Shown piece after piece: positions 10,560 to 20,049 of a stretch of DNA of 47,164 nucleotides. Source of the stretch: Candidatus Nanosyncoccus sp. Lineage in GTDB: Bacteria > Patescibacteriota > Saccharimonadia > Saccharimonadales > Saccharimonadaceae. Position 1 is the first letter of the stretch; every line of letters starts with the position of its first letter. The notes below the pieces were generated by a model. The model searched no databases. It saw only the letters and a program-made list of their open reading frames with translations, and was not told the DNA's origin. The position numbers were made by a program, and so were the translations under genes. The stretch is taken from NCBI GenBank assembly GCA_045535655.1, contig JAZSMA010000032.1, forward strand, positions 1 to 47,164, given 5' to 3'.

Positions 10560-12018
10560 ACTCATAGATTGTCGCGTTTGATAAGTCCTTTGAACTATCT
10601 ACGCCAGTACCACTCAAGATAATAGTTGCATTTTCTAGACTGTCTGGGATATAAGCCATCATATTAGTGTCATTACTGCTAAAACTACTAGAACCAGAGC
10701 GGACTGGTGTAAAGGTGGCGGAAATGCTTTTGTTTGGTGCCGGCGTATATGTAAGATCTAAAGTAAAAGTATTCTCCTGATTCTGGACTCGCCAACCGTT
10801 ATTATTGATGTGTGTACCGAAGCTGGTCCCGGTAATCGAAGACGAAGTAGAAGCGTTAAGATAGAAATACTGTTGACTATAACAATAGAATGTAAATCCG
10901 GCATAGTTTGAGCTACCGCTGTTTTGTTGAAATGCTGAAACGAGCATTTTGCCACCATTATTTTTTGGACTCATTTTGACTTTAAGATGGATTGTAAAAC
11001 CAGTATCATTAAATGCAATAATACCAGTATTGAGAGAGTGGCCAGTAGCAAAGGAAATGCCATTAGTGCCAGTATTGGAATATTCGAATGAAACAATGTT
11101 GCCATCATCATCGGCGGTCACAATTGGGTTCCCCTCAATATTAGGATTATCGAAGTACACTGTGTAGCCCGCCGGCACAGCAGAAGGACTGTAAACTGTG
11201 GTCGTGGTGTCATGAATTATTCTACTCGCCGAACTCCAAATCGCATAAAGGGTAATTGCGTTAGCTTGGGTAGGCTCAAGATCAATAGTATTAGTATTAT
11301 TCTTCGGATAGGTCGGAGTTGTAGCGGAACTACTAGTATCCCAACCGAGGAAGTTATAATTAGCGCGAGTAGGCGTATCACTAGATAAGGTAATGGTGCC
11401 GGTATTAGAAGGGGTGACCGAAATATTACTCGGCATGCCAGTGACCGTATCAGTGCCAGCATTGGCATTATAAGTAATGGAATACTGTGGATTATTAGCT
11501 ACGACCGTAATGACAAAGTTTTTGGTATAAGTGCCTGAACTAGTATTGATATCTGGCAAAGCGCCAAAGTAAAGGCTGTGCGAGCTAGAGCCGGCGGAAG
11601 TTCTGTTGCCTAGTGAAATACTAGAAGAAGAAGTTGGAGCAGGCACATAATTCGTCCCATTAGTACTAAAGCCATAGCCATTAGTAAATTGATTTTGGGT
11701 AATAGAGCTTGAGCCTTGCGGTAAGGTAATAGTTGGAATAGTTTTGGTGTTGTCGCCAACATTAACCAAATCTGTTGAATTGGTTGGATTAGTGAGTTGC
11801 GCCGTATAACCGGTATAATTATCCGTTGTCACGCTGACTGACTGTGAGGTTGCGCCAAATGCACCAGGCATTAAACTGAGAGTTAAAGACGAACTAATAT
11901 TGATTGATATTGAGGCTTCTGTGACACCAAAAACTGGCGTGCCAAAAATTAGTTGTCCGCCTGTTAGAGCCACTAAGGCCAAGACCAAACCAAAGCTGAT
12001 TTGACGCCTTTTCCTCAA
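10540..12018 (-). CDS. Secreted/surface protein with an InlB B-repeat-like domain
   Basis: Signal peptide; ITYNAN...PTRANYNFLGW...TLYAIW repeat signature. Confidence 0.75.
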   Translation of the reverse strand: MRKRRQISFGLVLALVALTGGQLIFGTPVFGVTEASISINISSSLTLSLMPGAFGATSQSVSVTTDNYTGYTAQLTNPTNSTDLVNVGDNTKTIPTITLPQGSSSITQNQFTNGYGFSTNGTNYVPAPTSSSSISLGNRTSAGSSSHSLYFGALPDINTSSGTYTKNFVITVVANNPQYSITYNANAGTDTVTGMPSNISVTPSNTGTITLSSDTPTRANYNFLGWDTSSSATTPTYPKNNTNTIDLEPTQANAITLYAIWSSASRIIHDTTTTVYSPSAVPAGYTVYFDNPNIEGNPIVTADDDGNIVSFEYSNTGTNGISFATGHSLNTGIIAFNDTGFTIHLKVKMSPKNNGGKMLVSAFQQNSGSSNYAGFTFYCYSQQYFYLNASTSSSITGTSFGTHINNNGWRVQNQENTFTLDLTYTPAPNKSISATFTPVRSGSSSFSSNDTNMMAYIPDSLENATIILSGTGVDSSKDLSNATIYEFSVTKP

Positions 12019-12151
12019 TTAAACTCCCTTTAACACTCTACGCATACGCTAAACAGGGCGCAATGCGCTTATTATTATTGTAACATTTATGGTAGTATTT
12101 TGGAAAAATTAGCATTTTTATTTTCATCTGGTTTATGTTATAATATGATAA

Positions 12152-13291
12152 ATGAAAACTGTATATGTCGGGATGAGCGGAGGAGTCGACTCCTCAGTTT
12201 CAGCTTTGCTATTAAAAGAGCAGGGCTATCATGTTGTCGGCATTTATATGAAAAATTGGTCTAAAGATTTGCCAGGAATGAAATGTCCATGGGCAGAGGA
12301 TTTAGCGGATGCGAAGCGTGTCGCGGTTAAACTCGGGATTGATTTTGAGGTTTGGGATTTTGAGGAAGAATACCGAAAGAAGGTTGTAGATTATATGCTG
12401 GATGAGTTTAAAAAAGGTAATACGCCGAATCCAGACATTATGTGCAATCAAGAGGTTAAGTTTAAGTTGTTTTATGAAAAAGCGATGAAGGCGGGAGCTG
12501 ATTTTATCGCTACGGGGCACTATGCTAGAGTACTCCCGACGGGTCCTGCCGTCGCAGCTTCCCCCACCGTGCTCGACATACGTCTGCGCGCGGCGGGGAC
12601 CCCCCCAGCTCCGTCACCCGCCGGTGTAGCTCTTGCAAGGGCCAAAGATGAGAATAAGGATCAGACGTATTTTTTGTACAGGATTAGCGAGGAGGCGCTC
12701 TCTCGGACGATTTTTCCGATTGGGGAGATGAAAAAGCCGGAAGTGAAGAAGCTGGCAAAGGAAAAAGGGTTGCATAACGCCTATAAAAAAGAATCGATGG
12801 GGGTGTGTTTTGTTGGAGAAGTAGGGATGAAGGATTTTTTGAAAGAGTATATTGAAACTGAACCGGGGGAAATTCGCGAGATAGAAGGCGATAAGGTATT
12901 AGGTTATCATGAGGGAGCGATATTTTACACAATTGGCCAGAGGCACGGATTATATTTAAACGGTGAAAAGGGAGTAATAAACGATGGAATGCCATACTAC
13001 GTTGTAAAAAAAGATGTACAAAAAAATATTGTTTATGTTTCGAAAAATCTAAATGATGAGAATCTATGGACCGACGAATTAAAGTTAAAAGATATTTTCC
13101 TAAGAAATGCCCCGGATAAAAATAAGAACTTTCCTGTTTTAGTCCGATTGCGTCACCGGGCGCCATTAGTCCCAGCCGAGTTTGATGGCAAAAAATTAAT
13201 TTTTAAAGAAAAAATTAAACGACCAGCTTCAGGACAAAGTGCGGTCATATATGATGGCGAAGTTTGCCCAGGCGGAGGAATTATTGCATAA
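12152..13291 (+). CDS. mnmA: tRNA 2-thiouridylase MnmA
   Basis: GMSGGVDSS, PNPDIMCN, ATGHYAR, KDQTYFL, ESMGVCF, TIGQR. Confidence 0.96.
   Translation: MKTVYVGMSGGVDSSVSALLLKEQGYHVVGIYMKNWSKDLPGMKCPWAEDLADAKRVAVKLGIDFEVWDFEEEYRKKVVDYMLDEFKKGNTPNPDIMCNQEVKFKLFYEKAMKAGADFIATGHYARVLPTGPAVAASPTVLDIRLRAAGTPPAPSPAGVALARAKDENKDQTYFLYRISEEALSRTIFPIGEMKKPEVKKLAKEKGLHNAYKKESMGVCFVGEVGMKDFLKEYIETEPGEIREIEGDKVLGYHEGAIFYTIGQRHGLYLNGEKGVINDGMPYYVVKKDVQKNIVYVSKNLNDENLWTDELKLKDIFLRNAPDKNKNFPVLVRLRHRAPLVPAEFDGKKLIFKEKIKRPASGQSAVIYDGEVCPGGGIIA
12523..12637. repeat. In-frame GC-rich palindromic insertion in mnmA
   Basis: Arms tgctagag-tac...cgacgggt / acccgccg...gtag-ctcttgca, between GHYAR and KDQTYFL. Confidence 0.7.
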
Positions 13292-13320
13292 AAAATACCC
13301 TCAAAAGAGGGCATTTTTTA
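13291..13320. terminator. Bidirectional intrinsic terminator
   Basis: aaaaaataccctc-aaaa-gagggcattttt between convergent genes. Confidence 0.7.
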
Positions 13321-13329
13321 CAAAATAAC

Positions 13330-13527
13330 TTAGGCCGTCATGAACAGAAGATTCGCGAATAATAGCGTCGCTGCAAGAAAACTCATAGAGATGACAAAGA
13401 ACATATTGGGCTTTTGACCTCTCTGATATTTTTCATAGTGGAGACCGCCTTGTCCAGCTTTTTTCGAAGCTGTCCTAGTAGTTTTTTTAGCGGTTCTCGT
13501 TGCTGCTTTTTTCTTTGCTTGTGCCAT
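13330..13527 (-). CDS. Small basic protein with C-terminal TM helix
   Basis: Lys/Ala/Thr-rich N-terminus, AAGGA RBS, hydrophobic tail. Confidence 0.65.
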   Translation of the reverse strand: MAQAKKKAATRTAKKTTRTASKKAGQGGLHYEKYQRGQKPNMFFVISMSFLAATLLFANLLFMTA

Positions 13528-13610
13528 ATTTTTTCCTTTATGTAATTCTTATGTTTATGTTATCACTAATTGTCTTTCATGTCAACCTTGGTTATGATAT
13601 AATTATTCCT

Positions 13611-15509
13611 ATGAATGCAAATGAGATTAGACAAAAATTTTTGGATTTTCAGATAAAAAACGGCCATAAAATTATTCAACCGGCGCCGTTAGTTCTAGAA
13701 AATGATCCAACGACATTATTTACTGGTTCAGGAATGCAACCGTTACTGCCTTATCTTTTGGGTAAGGAGCATCCTGAGGGAACTCGGGTAGCTGATTCGC
13801 AACCATCAATGCGTATGCAAGATATTGACGAGGTGGGAGATGCGAGACATACGACGGTTTTTGAGATGTTAGGAAACTGGTCTTTAGGAGATTATTTTAA
13901 AGAAGAACAAATTCGCAATTTCTTTGAATTTTTGACTAAAGAAATTGGTCTAGAACCAGAAAAAATCTATGTAACTTGTTTTATTGGAAATGATAAATAT
14001 GGTATTCCTAAGGATACGGAAGCAGCAGAAATTTGGCAGAGAGTTTTTAAGGAAGTTGGGATTGAAGCGAAAATTGCAGAAATCGGTTCAGCAAAGGAAG
14101 GCGATAAGCGCGGAATAAAGCCAGGCGAGAGAATTTTCTTCTATGACGATCATGAAAACTGGTGGAGTAGAGGCGGGGGTTGTGAGACGACGCCGATTGG
14201 TGACCCATGTGGACCGGATTCGGAAGTATTTTATGATTTCGGCGAAGATAAACAAGACATAGAAAAATACGGATTAGCTCATCCAGCTTCGGATGGAGCG
14301 AGATTTATGGAGATTGGTAACCAAGTATTTATGCAATATCGACGCTTAGAGGATGGGACGTTTGCGGAATTAGAGAAAAAGAATGTGGATTTTGGCGGTG
14401 GGTTAGAGAGAATTGCGGCGGCAGCGATTGGCTCGTTTGATGTCTTTAAAATTTCTTTAATGAAACCAATTATTGATAGATTGGAAGAGATTTCTGGGAA
14501 GAAATATGATAATAATACGGATGAGATGCGAGTAATTGCGGACCATATTAGAGGGGCGTATTTACTAGCGGCGCAAGGGCTAACGCCGTCGAATAAAGCG
14601 CACGGATATGCAATGAGAAGATTACTACGTCGGGCAATTTTAAGGGCTCTGGATTTGGGAATTTCAGATAATTTCTTGTCAGAAATCGTGCCGATTGTGG
14701 CGGATAATTATGTAGATTTACCAGATACAATTTTAACGCATCGCGAGAACGCGCTCGAGGTGATGCTACGTGAGGAAAGTGCGTTCCGGAAGACTTTAAA
14801 TAGAGGCTTACATGAACTCCATAAAATGTCATCGTCATCCCACTCGGGGCCGAATAATGACGTTCTGAGTGGTTATGATTTATTTAAACTTCAGGATACG
14901 TATGGATTTCCGATGGAGCTTTCGGTTGAGGAATGCTATCGTGAGGGGATTAAGTTGTCGGCGAATTATCTAAAAGAATTTGACGAGGCTTTAAAAGAAC
15001 AGCGTGAAAGGTCACAAACAGCTTCGAAGGGCATGTTTAAGGGCGGGCTGGTTGACCATGGTGATAAAACTATTAAATATCATACAGCTTGTCATCTTCT
15101 ACTGGCGGCTTTACAAAAAATAGTTAATCCGACTATCTGCCAAAAGGGTTCGAATATTACGGCTGACCGCGTGAGATTTGATTTTAACCTTGATCATAAA
15201 ATGACCGACGAAGAGAAAAAGGCGGTAGAAGACCAAGTTAATGAATGGATTGAAGCGGATTTGCCAGTAGTATTCGATGAATATGAAAAAGACTATGCGC
15301 GCAATACTTTGAAAGCGCACGGAGAATTCTGGGATAAATATCCGGAGATTTTAAAAGTCTATACCATTGGAGATTTTGAAAAACCAATTTCGCGGGAAGT
15401 TTGTGGTGGTCCGCATGTTGAGAAAACGGGAGTTCTAGGAAAATTCAAAATTACAAAAGAAGAATCGTCCTCAGCTGGTGTGAGGCGAATTAAAGCTATA
15501 TTAGAATAA
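13611..15509 (+). CDS. alaS: Alanine--tRNA ligase (short form, ends after the editing domain)
   Basis: DPTTLFTGSGMQ, HTTVFEMLGNWS, GPCGPDSE-like CGPDSEVF, DFGGGLER, HTACH, CGGPHV, GVRRIKA. Start placed at ATG 13611, 7 nt after TGATATAAT. Confidence 0.95.
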   Translation: MNANEIRQKFLDFQIKNGHKIIQPAPLVLENDPTTLFTGSGMQPLLPYLLGKEHPEGTRVADSQPSMRMQDIDEVGDARHTTVFEMLGNWSLGDYFKEEQIRNFFEFLTKEIGLEPEKIYVTCFIGNDKYGIPKDTEAAEIWQRVFKEVGIEAKIAEIGSAKEGDKRGIKPGERIFFYDDHENWWSRGGGCETTPIGDPCGPDSEVFYDFGEDKQDIEKYGLAHPASDGARFMEIGNQVFMQYRRLEDGTFAELEKKNVDFGGGLERIAAAAIGSFDVFKISLMKPIIDRLEEISGKKYDNNTDEMRVIADHIRGAYLLAAQGLTPSNKAHGYAMRRLLRRAILRALDLGISDNFLSEIVPIVADNYVDLPDTILTHRENALEVMLREESAFRKTLNRGLHELHKMSSSSHSGPNNDVLSGYDLFKLQDTYGFPMELSVEECYREGIKLSANYLKEFDEALKEQRERSQTASKGMFKGGLVDHGDKTIKYHTACHLLLAALQKIVNPTICQKGSNITADRVRFDFNLDHKMTDEEKKAVEDQVNEWIEADLPVVFDEYEKDYARNTLKAHGEFWDKYPEILKVYTIGDFEKPISREVCGGPHVEKTGVLGKFKITKEESSSAGVRRIKAILE

Positions 15510-15527
15510 AAAATATTAGCAAACTAA

Positions 15528-16766
15528 TTATTTTTGGAGTAGTTTGGCAATTTTTGAGCGAAGTTTATTTTCTTCGGGAGCGCCAGCTAAAGTATCAACA
15601 CCAACACGAAGTAATCCTAACGCCGTAGCGAAAGAATGGTCTAGTTTACTCATACCCTCAGCGCTTAGGCGGTTAGTAATAAAATCTGGCAATTCGGCGA
15701 CATCAAGAAGATGGATAGTGGGGCGACGAGAAAACGGCAAGTTTTTATACCAGTCGGAAACAGCAAGAGTTTCTTGGAGAAGGGAAAGACTAGCGCCACC
15801 GCCACAAAGTAAAACATCGCGAGGCAAACTACTAGTATTGTTAAATTCTTCGAGCGCTACTTCAACTCCCGTAAGCCAAACTGAAATGTTTCGAGAGAGA
15901 GCAGTCTCAACTTTAGACTTAATACGATCATCGAGTTCTCCAGAATCAAAATCGAGTTTATAATTTTCAGCCGTATCAAAATCCACACCTAGCGATTCGG
16001 CAACTTGGTGAGTAAAACTACGGCCACCGATGCTAAACATTTTTGTCCCCTCGACTCCACCATCTTCAACTACGGCAATATCGGTTGTTCCACCACCAAT
16101 GTCCATAACAATGCTCGAAAAATTTGATTCGAGATCATCACCTAAACAAGCGCGACAAACCGCAAAAGGTTCAACTGCAACGGTTAGAAGATCGAGATTA
16201 AGTTCAGCACAAACTTTTTCAATAGCAGCGACATGAATAAGCGGGGCAAAAGCTGTAAAAAATTGAATAACGATGTCTGAGCCTTTAAAGCCGATAGGGT
16301 TAGAAATTTTATAACCATCAATGGAAAGTGAAACAATGGCAGAATTAATTAGACGGACTTCGACATTGTCATTGCCGGTTTCAAGTGCAACAGTTTTTCT
16401 AGCAACTTCGCCGGATTTTTGCTGAACTTTTTTGACGATTTCGCGCATTTCCGCTTCAGAAATAGGTTTATTGGGATTTTTCCGATTATAATTAACTGTC
16501 GTAGTATTGCCCTTAATGAGTTCCCCCGCAATACCCACTACGGCGAGATTGGCACGTTCGCCAGCTTCTTCTTCGACATCAACTAAGGCTTCTTCACAAG
16601 TCGCGACTACGGCTGGAATGTCCGCTACGGCGCCAGCATGCATATTGCCGTCGGCTTGTTTAGCTTTACCGACGCCTAAAATTTCTAGGTCGCCTTTTTT
16701 GCCGGGTCGAGCAAGAACCGCTTTAACAAATTCAGTGCCAATATCTAAGCCAAGAATTGTGCTCAT
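15528..16766 (-). CDS. ftsA: Cell division protein FtsA
   Basis: GLDIGTEFVKA, DIGGGTTDIA, IGGRSFT, LCGGGA actin-fold motifs. Confidence 0.85.
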   Translation of the reverse strand: MSTILGLDIGTEFVKAVLARPGKKGDLEILGVGKAKQADGNMHAGAVADIPAVVATCEEALVDVEEEAGERANLAVVGIAGELIKGNTTTVNYNRKNPNKPISEAEMREIVKKVQQKSGEVARKTVALETGNDNVEVRLINSAIVSLSIDGYKISNPIGFKGSDIVIQFFTAFAPLIHVAAIEKVCAELNLDLLTVAVEPFAVCRACLGDDLESNFSSIVMDIGGGTTDIAVVEDGGVEGTKMFSIGGRSFTHQVAESLGVDFDTAENYKLDFDSGELDDRIKSKVETALSRNISVWLTGVEVALEEFNNTSSLPRDVLLCGGGASLSLLQETLAVSDWYKNLPFSRRPTIHLLDVAELPDFITNRLSAEGMSKLDHSFATALGLLRVGVDTLAGAPEENKLRSKIAKLLQK

Positions 16767-16814
16767 AGTTAAATTATAACATTGAATGACTGAGGTGAAA
16801 ACCCTTATTTTATG

Positions 16815-16836
16815 AATTCCGGAAATTTCCGGAATT
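16815..16836. repeat. Perfect 22-bp palindrome near the host/prophage junction
   Basis: AATTCCGGAAATTTCCGGAATT followed by a T-run. Confidence 0.8.
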
Positions 16837-16891
16837 TTTGCTTTTGATTGAGGCGAGTTTAGTTTCTGTAAAGTCGTCTCTGAGAACGCAA

Positions 16892-16967
16892 AAAGTTTCG
16901 TTGCAAGTGAGCGAAGGTCATGAAGATAAGACTTCGCCGAGCGAAACCGGAAGCACTAACAAACTTT
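16892..16967 (+). ncRNA. Putative structured RNA element in the early-operon leader
   Basis: Stems aaagttt/aaacttt, agtg/cact, gcgaag.tc/gacttcgc; shares a TGA-GC...GC(G)AAA(C/T)CG(G/A)AAG motif with the elements at 20373 and 20915. Confidence 0.45.
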
Positions 16968-16984
16968 AATGGAAAGGATCAAGA

Positions 16985-17758
16985 ATGAGTGAAAGAGACA
17001 GCTACCACAATCGTCCTGAATGGTCGTATTCACAAATGAAAGTGATACTCGACTCGGGGATTGATTATGCTGTGGCCGCCAAGCGCGGCATGTTGCCCGG
17101 ACCTTCTGGGAAATTCATTGATTTGGGAGAGTTGGCGCACATGTTCGTCCTTGGAGGCGATGCCGAGGCTTTTATTGTCACTCCGTATTCAGACTTTCGC
17201 TCTAAAGAAGCGAGGGATTGGAAAGCGGAACAGTTAGAGGCTGGGAAAACCATCGTAACCAAAGACCAATACGATGCTATTGCCAAGATTGTCGATAATA
17301 TCGAGAACCATCCAATGAGCCAAAAACTACTCAAAGGCGAGAATGTGAGACACGAGATTGAGATGTTCGCAACTGCCGAGGGTGTAAAGCTCAGAGGAAA
17401 GGCCGATGCAATGCTGATAAATGGCGATGCAATGGTGATTACCGACATCAAAACCACCGCTCAATTTGACGAGTGGAAATACCGGTCAATGCGCAGGCAT
17501 TACGATCTGCAGGCCGCAACCTATTCTTTGATAGGCGCAGCTTCGCAGAAGATTAGCTCTGCTCTTGTGAACTTCTACTTCTGCGTAGTGGAAACTGTCG
17601 CGCCATATCGCGTGCAATACCACCACGTAAGTGCGGAGTTCTTGGAGCATGGTGAAGTCAAATTGGCGAACTGTCTGCGAGAGATTAAGGAGTTTGGAGA
17701 CCGCGAACCGAATTTCTTAATCGAGGACGTTAATGAATTGGGTGATTTTAGTTTGTAG
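16985..17758 (+). CDS. PD-(D/E)XK exonuclease, RecE/DUF3799-like
   Basis: YH...SYSQMK, G..AH..VL, LRGKAD, DIKTT, YDLQAATY; adjacent to RecT. Confidence 0.85.
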   Translation: MSERDSYHNRPEWSYSQMKVILDSGIDYAVAAKRGMLPGPSGKFIDLGELAHMFVLGGDAEAFIVTPYSDFRSKEARDWKAEQLEAGKTIVTKDQYDAIAKIVDNIENHPMSQKLLKGENVRHEIEMFATAEGVKLRGKADAMLINGDAMVITDIKTTAQFDEWKYRSMRRHYDLQAATYSLIGAASQKISSALVNFYFCVVETVAPYRVQYHHVSAEFLEHGEVKLANCLREIKEFGDREPNFLIEDVNELGDFSL

Positions 17759-17775
17759 AAAGGAGAGAAAAAACT

Positions 17776-18540
17776 ATGACAAACGAAATACAAGTCAACA
17801 ATAACAAAATAACATCAGTGGCTCAGTTGATCCACAACGAAGCCTTTTTGAAAAAGGCAAATGATGTTCTCGGAAGTGGAACGCAGCAATTTATGTCCAG
17901 CGTTCTTTCTCTGGCGAATTCAAACCCAGAGCTTCAGAAATGCGATCCAATCAAGCTTTACAATGTTTGTTTGATGTCAGCTGCAATTAAGCTACCATTC
18001 AACCAAAATCTCGGTCAGGCTTACATTGTTGCTTACAAAGGCGAACCACAACTGCAAATCGGCTGGAAAGGTTTTGTTCAGCTCGCGCAACGTTCCGGTC
18101 AGTTCAAGACAATTAATTGCACTGATGTTCGTGAAGGCGAGATTAAGAAGAATGACCGTTTGACAGGCGAAATTGAGTTTGAGTGGATTGAAAACGAAGT
18201 AGAACGCCAGAAAGCACCAATAATCGGTTATGTTGCGTTCTTTGAGCTGTTGAACGGCTTCCGAAAAATGCTCTATATGACAAAAGCGGAGCTTGATGCT
18301 CACGCCAAGCGTTACTCTCAGACTTACAAAAAAGGTTACGGAGTTTGGAAAGATAATTTCAACGCCATGGCCCAAAAAACCGTCATCAAATTAATTCTTA
18401 ATAAATATGCACCTCTTTCGGTTGATATGCAAAAAGCCATTGAGCTCGATCAGGCTGGCGATGAAGGCGAATATATCGACAACCAAGATAAAGTCCAAAT
18501 CGTTGATGCCGAGCTCGGCGACTCGGAGGAATCACGATGA
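17776..18540 (+). CDS. recT: RecT-family single-strand annealing protein
   Basis: LGQAYIVAY, QLQIGWKGFVQLAQRSGQ, MAQKTVIK. Confidence 0.9.
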   Translation: MTNEIQVNNNKITSVAQLIHNEAFLKKANDVLGSGTQQFMSSVLSLANSNPELQKCDPIKLYNVCLMSAAIKLPFNQNLGQAYIVAYKGEPQLQIGWKGFVQLAQRSGQFKTINCTDVREGEIKKNDRLTGEIEFEWIENEVERQKAPIIGYVAFFELLNGFRKMLYMTKAELDAHAKRYSQTYKKGYGVWKDNFNAMAQKTVIKLILNKYAPLSVDMQKAIELDQAGDEGEYIDNQDKVQIVDAELGDSEESR

Positions 18541-18824
18541 GAGAGTCGATAATGAAGCTGCATGAAGGCGAGGAAGGTGAGCGTTTCAATCTCAAAAGGT
18601 CATACGAATGGATCCTGAATGAGATGAGCTACAAAGACTTCCGGGCCTTTGCTACCCTACGGTTTGTAGATACAGGAGACGGATACAATTTTAGTTACAA
18701 ATATATGGTGACTGAGGAACACGACACTCCGTCTGCCCGAGAGGACTACTTGAAATACATGATGTATAAGCTAGTTCAGAATATCGAAACGCCAGCCGTT
18801 GAACTGCAGGGGGTTGAGAAATGA
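18537..18824 (+). CDS. Phage hypothetical protein
   Basis: ATGA overlap with recT, GGAGG RBS. Confidence 0.7.
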   Translation: MRESIMKLHEGEEGERFNLKRSYEWILNEMSYKDFRAFATLRFVDTGDGYNFSYKYMVTEEHDTPSAREDYLKYMMYKLVQNIETPAVELQGVEK

Positions 18825-19189
18825 GAAAAACGAGCAAAGAGGAAATATTGGAGCGAAAATACGGTAGCCCATTTCTTAAAATAATGTCTGAAAAAACAGA
18901 AGCAGCGAAATTATACTATGAGCTTTACTTGGAGTCACGAAGGCAGACTCGCATATCCGAGATTGAAGCTCTTGTGGCCTATATCGTAACAGTTATTTGT
19001 TTAGTCGTCTCTATATTTGCGACACCATTTCTTATATCTACTGCTATATTCCTAATAAACGCCGTCCACGCAACAATCAACGCAAGAATCGAGAGGTTGT
19101 GGACTGCAAAATATACTGACAATATTTTCGATAGTGTACGAATCTTCAATTTGGAGGAAAAAGTACATGAGTTGGGAGCCAGTAAATGA
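18821..19189 (+). CDS. Phage membrane protein
   Basis: ATGA overlap; central hydrophobic segments. Confidence 0.65.
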   Translation: MRKTSKEEILERKYGSPFLKIMSEKTEAAKLYYELYLESRRQTRISEIEALVAYIVTVICLVVSIFATPFLISTAIFLINAVHATINARIERLWTAKYTDNIFDSVRIFNLEEKVHELGASK

Positions 19190-19479
19190 GTCTTTCTGAT
19201 AGAGTCACATGGGCCGCACTTAACAGTAAAGTAATGGAAGATAAATTCGAATATAAAAATCCAAATGATTGGCTATATGCCTCTCTCTCGCAGCCACCAA
19301 TCAAAGTTTTAGATAAACATGCTACTGATGACGAGATGGCTTGGGATGTTGAATGCCCAAATTGCGGTTCTAAAGTAAATTATGGCAAACAGATTTTTAT
19401 GATAAGTGGCCGACTTTATTGCTCAACGAAAGGCTGTAGAGAAAAACTACTTAGGGAGGCTAAAAATGAGAAAGCGTGA
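19186..19479 (+). CDS. Phage zinc-finger-like protein
   Basis: CPNC...C-x4-C. Confidence 0.65.
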   Translation: MSLSDRVTWAALNSKVMEDKFEYKNPNDWLYASLSQPPIKVLDKHATDDEMAWDVECPNCGSKVNYGKQIFMISGRLYCSTKGCREKLLREAKNEKA

Positions 19480-19693
19480 ACTGGAAGCTCGGATCGAAAA
19501 GCTAGAAGGGCAAGTTTATGGGTTAAAAATGGACAAAGTCCTTTTTGAAAGCAAGTGGAAAGAGGATGTCCGCAATATGATTGAAGGCAGCATCAAAGAA
19601 CGCATTCGAGTCACGGTAGTCGAGAACCTCGCTGCTTATGAAAAAGGCAAAAGACTAAGAGAGCCTATCAAAAAAATAGAGGAGATTTTATGA
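19466..19693 (+). CDS. Phage coiled-coil hypothetical protein
   Basis: GGAGG RBS before ATG 19466. Confidence 0.6.
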   Translation: MRKRELEARIEKLEGQVYGLKMDKVLFESKWKEDVRNMIEGSIKERIRVTVVENLAAYEKGKRLREPIKKIEEIL

Positions 19694-20049
19694 GTAGATG
19701 GGAACCGTATTTTAGGCCGACCAGACGAGTCCACGACTCCGGCTATCGGTGCTTTGAGTGTGGATATCTTGTAATGGGCGAGGACAGCAAGGCGGCAAAG
19801 AAAGTTGTTATCGCGCGCGGGGTGGATCATATAACGAATTGGTTGTTTAGCCCTACTGGGGAAGCTATCCCGTTTGATATGGATTTGCTACGCGATGGGA
19901 ATATAAGGATCTTTAACCACAACCAACCTCTTTTTTGGAATATCCCAGGCTTTTCTGACGCCAATATAACACCACGGAAAGAGGATCCGTTTTACGAATA
20001 CGACATGTTAGATGAATTATGGGAGAAACAAAATGTGGCTAAAGACTAA
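19690..20049 (+). CDS. Phage hypothetical protein
   Basis: GGAG RBS, ATGA overlap. Confidence 0.65.
   Translation: MSRWEPYFRPTRRVHDSGYRCFECGYLVMGEDSKAAKKVVIARGVDHITNWLFSPTGEAIPFDMDLLRDGNIRIFNHNQPLFWNIPGFSDANITPRKEDPFYEYDMLDELWEKQNVAKD

Noticed and set aside
13500-13610. N-terminal extension of AlaRS in the ORF track
   Set aside because: It overlaps the divergent gene and promoter; the conserved start MNANEIR follows the extended -10.
16905-16955. Hammerhead ribozyme (tga...gcgaaac)
   Set aside because: Lacks the CUGANGA core and a correctly placed NUH cleavage triplet.
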